Positions 13,475-23,980 of a stretch of 64,000 nt of DNA are shown here, in pieces. A program made the translations under genes and the position numbers. The notes under the pieces were generated by a model that was not told where the DNA came from, searched no databases, and was given only the letters and a program-made list of their open reading frames with translations. This stretch comes from the human T2T-CHM13v2.0 reference genome, Homo sapiens: NCBI RefSeq assembly GCF_009914755.1, contig NC_060947.1, one strand, 5' to 3'. Numbering within the stretch: position 1 is the first letter of the stretch; the number at the start of each line of letters is the position of its first letter.

Positions 13475-13757
13475 TAAAAATACAACTTCTTTAGATTCTG
13501 ATAAACTCCTTTCCTCCATACATAGCCAGATGATAATCATTGCAGTAGGGAACCACATTACTGATGAGCTGATAAGTGTGTGTCACATCCCTCAGTTATT
13601 TTGGGGCAGTAGAAAGGTTAAAATATTATTTATCTAGGAACTTATTTCAGTATTTTGAGTATGAGGTTGGGTAATGATTGGTAGCAGCAGCAATGGAAAA
13701 AAAGGAACAAATTTGAAAGACATTATGACAGAAGATGAAAAAGAAGACAGGAAACAT

Positions 13758-13960
13758 TTTTAAATTTTATTTTAAAATATTTAATTGAGAAAATTGTATT
13801 TTTCAAAGTGTACAATGTATTTATTTGGTATATGTATATATTGTGTAATGCACCATGATTAAAGTGGTGAACACATCCATCACCACCCACATGTTACATT
13901 AGACCCCCAGAACTGATTCATCTTATAACTGAAAGTTTGTACCATTTGACCAACATCTCT
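13758..13960 (-). mobile_element. L1MA-type 3' end fragment
   Basis: ccagaactgattcatcttataactgaaagtttgtaccatttgaccaacatctc. Confidence 0.75.
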
Positions 13961-13977
13961 GATACTAATGACATGCT

Positions 13978-14010
13978 ATTTCATTTTATTTCATTTCATT
14001 TCATTTCATT
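13978..14010. repeat. (TTTCA)n microsatellite
   Basis: Seen directly. Confidence 0.85.
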
Positions 14011-14570
14011 GCTGGGGAAAATGAGCTAGTAAGAATCAAAGGCAGAATTTGAACCTAGTTCTGTTTGACTCCAAAGTTAACTCTTTTTCCTCTGATCAGA
14101 TGTAAGGGACAATGAAGGGGAAGGTAGAATAACTTCAAGGTTTTTTTTTTTTAACTGAAAGTTTGAACAGAACAGAAATCAGTAAGCTGAGAAGGTAAAC
14201 AGCTAGAAGAGAATCCTGATAAGTTCTCAATTATATGGCATTAGAACGTTTGTATTTAAAAATTAGTTTATTATTAAACTTCTGGTAATATTGTCAGCAG
14301 CTGTCTAAGTCAGCCCCTCCTGATTCACTCTGTGATGTGCAAACCACAGTTTGGGGCCTTTTCATCCTCATCAGTAGTGTTTAGGATTGATTGCTTCGTA
14401 GCAAGATTGACTCTCTGCTAAGTTAGGCATGCCCTTTTTAACTGAGGGTGCACATTTGGGAGACAAGTTAGGGCAAAAGGTGCCATCTTGAACCCTTGAG
14501 AATCCACTTTATAGGCAGAAAACAGAATTGTCAATTCAAAAATTTGTGAATTAAATGTAAAATATCTGAC

Positions 14571-15196
14571 TGCGATGATCTGAATGTTGTATCCCCCCAA
14601 AATCTAAACCAAGCTTGTCCAACTCACAGCCCATGGGCCACATGTGGCCCAGGAGAGCTTTGAATGTGGCCCAACACAAATTCATAAACTTTCTTAAAAC
14701 ATAAGATTTATAAGATTTTTTTGCGATTTTTTTTAGCTCATCATCTATCATTAGTGCTAGTATATTTTATGTGTGGTGCAAGACAATTTTCTTCTTCCAA
14801 TGTGGCCCAGGGAAGCCAAAGTTTGGACACCTCTAATCTAAATGTTGAAATCCTAGGCCACAAGGTGATGGTATTTTGGGAAGTGAGTCCTTTGGGAGGT
14901 GATTAGGTCATGAGGGCGGGGTTTTTATAAATAAAATTAGTGCTCTTATAAAGAAGTGCTCTTATAAAAATTTATAAATAAAATTAGTGCTGTTATAAAA
15001 GAGAGATCCCTCCCCACATCTGCAATGTGAGGTTAGAGCAGTCTAGAAAGTGCACCCTTACCAGTCACTGAATCTTTGGGTTCTTTGATCTCGGACTTCC
15101 AGCCTCCAGAAAGAAGCATGAGAAATAAATTTCTGTTCTTTCTAAACCACCCAGTTTATGGTAATTGTATTATAGCTGCCCAAACAGAGTAAGGCA
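14571..15196 (+). mobile_element. MLT1A-like MaLR solo LTR, interrupted by MER30
   Basis: ctgaatgttgtatccccccaaaatc...tgttgaaatcc...tttgggaggtgattaggtcatgagggc...aataaatttctgttc. Confidence 0.8.
14610..14835 (-). mobile_element. MER30 (hAT-Charlie MITE)
   Basis: Ends caagcttgtccaa / ttggacacctct; 8-bp TSD atctaaac (14602) / atctaaat (14836). Confidence 0.85.
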
Positions 15197-15399
15197 TTGA
15201 ATACTTGATTACTAATGCAAATAATTTTTACAGTACATTTCTTGATTTTGTTTGGCCTAAAATAGTTCTGAGTTAAGTCTGGATAAAGATATAAAGGGCA
15301 TTTTGTTGTTGCTATAGTTCAGATTTTTTTTAGGGTTTAGTGATTGTTTTTGTTTTGTTTTGTTGCTGTGCCATTTTCTGCCCTAGAGTTCATAAAACT

Positions 15400-15635
15400 G
15401 GAAAGGAAGAGTAAGAATTAAAATTCAAGTTATTCAATAAGATACAATAACCCAAATCAAGACAGCAAAATTAAAAAAATTAATATGTAGATTCAAAAGT
15501 CAAATGGACAATGGAAAAATGAGAGAAAACGTTCTAGAGATTCACATAAAAAGACTAGAAGTCTATGTTGACCACAGTACCCAAATGCACCAAAATTACG
15601 GCATGACTGGCAAAAACCCTAAAGAAATCTTAGGT
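15400..15635 (+). mobile_element. L3/CR1 relic
   Basis: aaaaagactagaagtctatgttgaccacag...aaaaaccctaaagaaatcttagg resembles the CR1 3' region. Confidence 0.5.
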
Positions 15636-15934
15636 TTATTTGCTCAAAAACATTTGTTACACACGTACCATGCATCAGGAACTATGTTCTCGGCTCTAGC
15701 AATAAGAACGTACATCACTAGTAAAGAATTTTAAAATAATAATTACGCCGACTTCAGTCATTCTTCTTTTTATTCTTAACATGAGTTGACAACTCTAAAC
15801 ATGTCAAAGAAATAATTCCTCTTCCTGCCCAAGAGGATCACTCCACAATCTTCCTCCCATTTCCAACCCGGAGTACATGTCTGGACTCCAGATCTGTATG
15901 ACTAAAACAAGTTCGTGTTCTTTTCATTAGAGTG

Positions 15935-16305
15935 GTGTCTTTCAAACTTTTTTGACCACAGCCTTCAGTAAGAAATATATTTGACATCATTATCCAATGC
16001 AAACACAACACACACTCTACATAGACAGATATAGATGATAAATAGGCAGATAAGTAGATGGATGATAGATAGATAGATAATTTATATGTCTATATGTGGA
16101 CCTATAAAATATGACCACATAACTGACATAAAAGTTTTATAAGGTAATACTACCATTAATGTGGGCACTGTACTCTAGTATTTTCTACTGTACCCTGTTT
16201 CACTTTAAAAATAAGAAAAACAAGAGAAAAAAGAGGTAGGTCTTTTCCTACTAAATTATTTTACATCTCATCATTGGGCTAGGACCCACAGTTTGAAAAA
16301 CAGTT
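15935..16305. mobile_element. hAT-Charlie-type MITE with internal (GATA)n
   Basis: Inverted termini tttcaaactttttgaccac / gacccacagtttgaaaaac. Confidence 0.55.
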
Positions 16306-17895
16306 CACTATAGTATAGTCCACCATTCTCCCTTCCAGATACAGTTGGACAGAACGTAGGATGAAAAAGAGATGTCAGCCTGAGTTTAAGCATTAGCCAT
16401 TGGAATTTTCAAAGTAGAAAACTACAGGATTGCATTTGCACACTCTGCCTCTGAATTGTTTTTCTCTATATTATACTCTAAATGGCTTTTTAAACACTAC
16501 CCCAAATACTTGGAAAAAAAACTTGCTGATTTTGTTTTGTTATACCTACAGTATTCAACTTGTATTCTGACACCATTCTGGACTGCAGTAACTTGGTTTT
16601 TGAGAGAGAAGCAAAAATCTTAATTTGCTTTCCTTTGATGAAAAAAAAATCTTTGAAATTTATTCGGGGCAGGAGCCAGGCAATGGGGAAATAATTTATA
16701 CTGTAATCCTCAAAGGAGTACAACCTGAATTGAATTAATGTTCTTCAGGATATGGGATTCTCTTCTTATGAATAAAACCTTTTGAGATCAGGTAGGAAGT
16801 TGTAACCATTTTTCTCTTTTATTACTTTTTCCAATTTGTTGCTTTGAATATTTGGCTTTATACTGGCAGTGAGCGATGACCAACAAAGCAGCCTGACTGT
16901 GTAAGACCACCTTACTGAGTAGATTCAGTTCAGCAGATCTTTTTCCAGAGTGAACAGCTGAAGGAACCAGATCATACCTATTGCACCATTTGGTTCAATC
17001 ATGTAATAATTTCCCTTGGCCATCTCAGAGATTTATAGACCCCCCCCTTATGCAAGTGTTACCTGTGTCTATGGTCCCTTGTTAAGTAGAAGCTGAAAAT
17101 TATAGTTTATTCTAAATGCGCATTCTTGTGAAGCTATGGTATTAGTCATTTAGTTCAGCCAAAATGATCTAATAATTCAAAATCAATCAAAATGAGAAAT
17201 GGACTAAACTTGCCCAGGGTTTGATTAAACATGGGCACAGATTGACAAACCTCTTTGACTGCTTTGCTAGATTTGATCAATCATGTCAGCCAAGCTTGCC
17301 CTTTGCTCCTCCTGATGAAGTCGTATTATATATCCTAACTTAACTAGTTATACAGCTCCTACCTAGCACAGACCATTCCAACCACAGGCATATCTTAGAG
17401 ACATTTTGGGTTCAATTTTGGACCACCTCAATAAAGCAAACGTTTCAATAAAACAGATTACAGACATTTTTTGGGTTTCCCAGTGCATATAAAAGTTATA
17501 TTTACACTATACTTTAGTATATTAGGTGTGTAGTAATATTATGTCTAAAAAGAAACAATATACATATCTCAATTTAAATATATATTATTGCTTAAAATCC
17601 CGACAATCATCTAACCTTTCAGCAAATTATGTAATCTTTTTGACTGCTGAGGGTCTTGCCTCAATGCGGATGGCTGCTGATTGATGAGGGTGGTGGCTGC
17701 TAAGTCTGGGGTAACTGTGGCATTTTTAAAAAAAATAAGACAACAATGAAGTTTGTCACATCAACTGACTTTTCCTTTCACAAAAGAATTTTCTGTAGCA
17801 TAAAATGCTATTTGATAGCATTATACCCACAATAAGCTTCCTTCAAAATTGGAGTAAATTCTCTCAAACCCTGCCACTGCTTTATCAAACAGGTT

Positions 17896-18350
17896 TAGTG
17901 GACCCTTGAACAATTTGTGGGTTAGGAGTACTGGCACCCCTCCTCGTGCAGTCAAAAATCTGCATCTAATTTTGACTCCTGTAAGTTTTAATTACTAATT
18001 GCCTACTGTTGACCAGAAACTTTACTGATAATATAAACAGCTGATTATCATATATATTTTGTAATGCTATATGTATTATATATTGTATTCTTACAATAAA
18101 TTAAGCTAGTGAAAATAAGATGTTATTAAGATAATCACAAAAAAAGAGAAAGTATATTTACTGTTCATTAAGTAGAAGTAGATCATCATAAAGGTCTTCA
18201 TCTTTGTTATTTTCCCACTGAGTAGACTAAGGAGGAGGAGGGGCTAAGAGAAGGGTTGGTCTCTCTGTCTCAGGGGTGTCAGAGGTAGTAGAAAATCTGC
18301 GTATAAGTAGACCAGTATACTTCAAGCCTCTGTTGTTCAAGGGACAACTG
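17896..18350. mobile_element. Tigger2a/MER28-like non-autonomous element nested in Tigger1
   Basis: Termini agtggacccttgaacaa / ttgttcaagggacaactg followed by TA. Confidence 0.8.
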
Positions 18351-19800
18351 TATTCTAAATCCTTTCTTGTCATTTCAACAATGTTCACAGCATCTTCACC
18401 AGGAGTAGATTTCATCTTAAGATATCTCTTTCTTTTCTCATCCATAAGAAGGAACGCCTCACACATTCAAGTTTTATCATGAGATTTCAGCAGTTCAGTC
18501 ACATATTTAGGCTCCACTTCTAATTCTAACTTGCTATTTCTACACATCTGCAGTTACCTCCTCCACTGAAGTATTAAGCCCCTCAAAGTCATCCACAAGG
18601 GTTAGAATCCATCTCTTTCAAATTCCTGTTAATATTGATATTTTGATCTTCCCCTATGGATCATGAATGTTCTTAATGTAAATACTTTCCAGAAGGGTTT
18701 CAATGTACTTTTCCCAGCTCCATCAGAGGAATCACTATCCATAGCAGCTATTGCCTCATGCAATGCATTTCTTAAATATAAGACTTGAAAGTCAAACCTA
18801 CTCCTTGCTCTGTGATTGCCAGAATAAATATTGTATTAGTAGGTATGAACAAAACACTAATCTCCTTGTCATTTGAGCTCTCAGGTGACCAGGTGCATTG
18901 TCAATGAGCAGTAACACTTTGAAATGAATCCTTTTAACTGAGAAGTAGATCTCAACAGTAGGCTTAAAATATTCAGTAAACCATGCTATAAATAGATATT
19001 GCCATCCGAGCTTTGTTTTTCCATTTATAAAGCAAAGGCAGAGCAGATTTGGCATAATTATTAAGGGTCCTAGAATTTTCAGAAGGGTAAGTGAATATTG
19101 GCTTCAACTTAAAGTTACCAGCTGCATTAACCCCTAACAACAGAGTCAACCTGCCCTTTGAAGCTCTGAAGCCAGGCATGGACTTCTTGCTAGCTATAAA
19201 AGTCCTAAATGCTATCTTCTTCTAATACCTGGCTGTTTCATCTACCCTGAAAATTTGTTGTTTGCTGTAGCAACCTTCATCAATTATTTTATCTGGGTCT
19301 TACAGACAACTTGCTGCAGCTTCTACATCAGCACTTGCTGCTTCATCTTGCACTTTTTTCTTATGGAGATGGTTTCTTGCCTTAAACTTCATGAGCCAAC
19401 ATCTGCTAGCTTCAAACTTTTCTTCTGCAGCTTCCATAACTCTCTCAGTCTTCATAGAATTGAAGCGAATTGGAGTGTTGCTCTGGATTAGGCTTTGGCT
19501 TAAGAGAATGTTCTGGCTGGATTGATTTACTAACAAAACCACTAAAACTTTCTCCCTATCAGCAATAAGGCTGATTTGCTTTCTTACTGTTCATGTATTC
19601 CCTGGAGTAGCACTTTTAATTTCCTTCAAGAACTTTTCATATGCATTTACCACTTGGCTAACTGTTTGGTGCAAGCGTCCTAGTTTTCAATCTGTCTTGG
19701 CTCTCTGACATGCCTTCCTCACTAAGCTTAATCATTTCTAGCTTTTGATTTAAAGTGGGAGACATGTGACTCTTCCCTTTCCTTGAACACTTAGAGGTCA
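18351..19800 (-). pseudogene. Decayed Tigger1 (pogo-family, TIGD1-like) transposase
   Basis: Frameshifted pieces [81 protein letters not shown]. Confidence 0.85.
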
Positions 19801-20515
19801 TTGTATGCTTATTAAATTGCCTAATTTCAATATTGTTGTGCCTCAGGGAATAAGGAGGCCCCAGGAGAGGGAGAGGGACAGGAAAACAGCCAGTTGGTGG
19901 CACAGTCAGAACACATACAATATCTATCAACTAAGTTTTCCATCTTACATAGACACATTTTTTGGTACCTCAAAACAATTACATTGGTAACATCAATGGT
20001 CAATGATCACAGATCACCATAACAGATATAACAATTTAAAAGTTTAAAATATTGAGAGAATTACCAAAGTGTGATGCAGAGACTTGAAGAGAGCACATGC
20101 TGTTGCAAAAATTGCAACAATAGACTTGCTTGACACAGGGTTGCTACAAACCATCAATTTGTAAAAATCACAAGATCTGAAAAGCACAATAAAGTGAAGT
20201 GGAATAAAATGAGGTATGCCTGTATTTCTTTTCCTGGTTTTGACTTTCTTGGCCATCTGAGGAAGATTTGAGCTAGTTAGTAAGCACTAATATGTATAGT
20301 GGTTTGATTAAAATGACTAGCTTTCCCAAAATTCTTGGTTGTTGCACTACATCAATTCAGCTATTTGGACAAATAAATCAGCATTTGCCTAAATTGATCA
20401 ATCAATTCCATCTAAATTTAAATATAACAGATAGGAAAACCCGAAAAAAATGTCTTTACTGAATTCTTCTAATTATACATAGTCTTGCCATCTATTGAGA
20501 AAAGAATGAACTCTC

Positions 20516-20884
20516 TATATTAGTCACTGTTCTCCACAGAAAAAGAGCCAATAGAAATAGAGAGAGATAGATACTTAATATAAGGAACTGGCTTATGCAA
20601 CTACATCGGCTTGAGAAGTACCAAGATCTGCAGCTGCCAAACTGGAGACCAAGGAGAGCCAATGTGTAGTTCAAGTCAGAGTCTGAAAGCCTGAGAACCA
20701 GAGAACTTATGTAAGTTCAAGTCTAAAATTGGCAAACTCAAGACCCAAGAAGAACCAATGTTTCAGACCAAGTGTAAAGGCAGAAAGGACTAATGTCTGG
20801 GCTCAAACAATAAGGTAGGAGGATTTACCAATAAATCAGCCTTTTTCTTAATTATTCAGGTGTTCAACCAATTGGATGAGGTAA

Positions 20885-20916
<32 letters not shown>

Positions 20917-21086
20917 TCACACACAAACACACATACATTAGGGAGAGCAATCTGCTTTATTCAGCCTACCGATTCAAATGTTAATCTCATCCAGAAACAC
21001 CCTCACAGATACAACAAATAATGTTTTACCAAATGTTTGGGCACCACATGGCCCAATCAAGTCAACACATAAAATCAGCCATCATA
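20516..21086 (-). mobile_element. MLT2-family (ERVL) solo LTR
   Basis: tatattagtcactgttctccacagaaa...aaaatcagccatcata; perfect 5-bp TSD CTCTC (20511-15, 21087-91). Confidence 0.85.
20885..20936. repeat. (CA)n microsatellite, interrupted
   Basis: Seen directly. Confidence 0.9.
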
Positions 21087-22895
21087 CTCTCCCTGACTGA
21101 TTTTCTGCTGTTTGACTTTTAAGGGAGCCCTGTGATATTGTCTCCTTAAAGGTATTATATATATGATATGAGCTAGCTTCATTTATAGTTGGAGTCTATG
21201 GCAGCCTAAATGCTGTGGTATAATGTGGCATCAGGATGTCCCCTCAAACTAAAGATATTCCCCAATATGTGTGTATGTATGTGTGTGTGAACATCATCTA
21301 CCGGTTTCTGAAACTCATTTCACCATTAGAGTTATTGTGAGATAATGCAATATGGGCGACATGCACCAAAATGCAAATATCAAATATCTATGGAAGGCAA
21401 ACACACTAACTCCTTATCACCATTGACATGAAGTAGTTTGTATAAATTGTAAGGTGATTTAAAAGCCCCTTTGTAATGTGAAATAGGAAGGGGAAATTTG
21501 GAAATAAAAAGATCTAGGTTGTGAGCACAGCTACAGGTTGTATGTGTGTATACGTGTTTTAGGAATTGATCCTGAGGTACTTTAAGGGCAACTGAGGGCA
21601 CTCAGCAATAGGCAAGAGATACATGAAATATAGAAATGACATCCAAAGGATAAGTAAAAAGTAATCAAGGATATGTACTATTTTATCATTTTTTCCTGAA
21701 CCTGTTTTGGTTGTATGACAAGGTAGATCAAAGCTGACCAAACAATTGAGTGAATAACATTTTCTGTGGCTCATTTCTATGGGCTGGTGAAAGGTAAAGA
21801 CTGAGAAACATTAGTTTGCTATTCAGGAGCTACAATTGAATCAATCTGGCCACTCCCATGCTAATTAACTGCTTTCCTAGAACCAGTTCATATCTTCCAG
21901 CAACTCTGTCACCTAAGCCATCTTTTCTCCATTGCTACAGATCTTCCAAAGGCTCAATTATGCCTGTGGGGCCTTTGTTTATGTTATCATCTCAGTCTTT
22001 GGTGAATGAGAACCAGAAGATTCCCATTGTTAACACAGACTGAGTTCTAGCTTTCAAAAGCTCATTCATGATGGGAGAGACAGTGAAATTGTCCAATGCT
22101 CCCACAACCATGGAACATTAAAGAGGCAGGAGGAGGTTGTCCCACCAGATATATCTTCTGTTCCCTTAATTAATCATTATCCAAACACCAAGGCCCAGCA
22201 AGTCTTACCCAAAAGACCTACCATGAGTATAAATTAACTGTTCTTTCTGCCTCTTCACTGGCTGGTTTATAATATTTTACAGGTGGTCAAATGATACTAA
22301 TTATCTACAACAAAGGGGAAGACATTTCTGAATGAACTGAGAGGTATAATTTGCCCTAATATTTTACTCAGGATGAATTTCCAGTGAGCACTAATAGTCT
22401 TTATGCAGCAGAGGATGTCTAGGTAAATACAGCAATTAGTTTGTGCTCAGTGGGAGGGAGCCCAGTGTGCAGAGTCAAAAGGACTTGTATCTTTTCATTC
22501 AAAATCAATTGAGAAGAGCAAACATCGGAACAGCGAGTGGGAACAGAGTGTCTACCTAGAGCTATTCTGTGAACGAATTTCAATATCATCTTCGAGAACA
22601 CAGACAGACTGTGACAAAATATGGTAGTAGCACCTGTGGGTATCTATTGACCTCGTAAAGCGCAAAAATTCATCAATAAATCAAGATTATACATTGGCAA
22701 ATTCTTCTGAGCAAGACTCTCCTTTGGTTGAGTACAAGATTAGTGCTTGGTGCATGATTAATTTGGAGAAGAGAAAATATCACCACTGTAGGAGGCACTT
22801 CCTGGGTCCACAATGTTTTTACTGCTGAAAAAGAAAAAAAAAAGAAAGGCAGCTCTGACATCAGGAAAAGGTCTGACACCTACTGCTATGCTTCA

Positions 22896-23432
22896 GTGTT
22901 AAAAGCTTGCCTGGCACACAGAGCTTGGCTATATTGTTTCCTGTTGGACATAAACAATCTCACAGAACACCAGTGTCAGACAAGGTCACTCTGAGACCAC
23001 AATAAAGTAAGAGAAAACAAGGCCACTTCACGATTTACTTCTAAGAACAAACAAAAACACGAATATTGCCCAAACCACGAAATAGCAAATATCTCTTTCT
23101 CCTGGTTAATATGACCACTGTTTCTTTACCAGCTGCAGCTTTGGCCTCACTTTAGTGTGACCCTGCTCTAGATAAGATTTATTGAGACACCCACTCAAAA
23201 TTGTCACCACTTCCTGACAGCACCCAATCTGGAGCAAATCCCTGTCTCTTTGAAACTCCCCCATATCACCTAACCAAAGCTCAAATCCTGTAATAAGTTT
23301 TTTTCTCACAATCTCCTACTGAGGTGCCCCATGGTTCCCCACAGTTTGTGTTTACCTTCATCACAATGAATATTAAACCTAACTTATTCAAACACAGGTA
23401 TAACCCTGGTAGCCTTTGGTTGAGGGACATGA
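22896..23432 (+). mobile_element. ERV1-class solo LTR (MER67-like)
   Basis: ggacataaacaatctcacagaacacc...cagacaaggtcactctgagacc recalled as MER67-like; attaaacctaactt near the 3' end. Confidence 0.5.
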
Positions 23433-23849
23433 TGCTTTTAACTAGAAGTGGGGAGCTTTGAGGGGGCAAAGGTTGGTAGATTGACCAAGGGAACCAATGC
23501 TGATTTCATATCCTTTGCTCATCTCCCTTTGTAAATTCCAAGTTAGTAAGAATCTATGTGAAATTGAAATGAATACCAAAGCAACTGCTTTAGTATACTC
23601 CCTTGGAGACTCCCAGCAGAGAAGACCTTTTAACAAACTTTACAGCCACTAGTGTACAAACTGTATAAGCCGGTGTCCATTTTCTGGGGAACTTTGGCTA
23701 CTTCAGCTGTTGTACTGATGTCAGTTAATCACTATATACAGAAAGCCTGTACCAGTAAGTATCTTTTCAGACAGTGGTCTTCAGTTTATGGTTTATCTTC
23801 TGATAAGATAGATCAGCAGACTTTACTTAGTTGATTTCTTCTAAATCAT

Positions 23850-23980
23850 CCCATTTTCATTGAGCTTCTGCTGTTTACCAGGCACGATATTAGATTCTGG
23901 GAACAAAATAATAAATAACACAAAGTCTTTGCCCTCATGGAGCTTACATTCTAGTAGAAGAGACAGAAAATATATTGGTA
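23850..23980 (-). mobile_element. L2 3' end
   Basis: gtctttgccctcatggagcttacattctagtagaagagacag. Confidence 0.7.

Larger units (their letters stand above)
17385..20222 (-). mobile_element. Tigger1 DNA transposon, near full length
   Basis: Inverted termini caggcatatct / gaggtatgcctg followed by TA; ~2.38 kb after removing the nested element; transposase remnants present. Confidence 0.93.

Noticed and set aside
17140-20420. Weak inverted similarity between the DNA flanking Tigger1 (ttagtcattt / aaatgactag), possibly an ancient palindromic element
   Set aside because: Too short and degenerate to support by eye.
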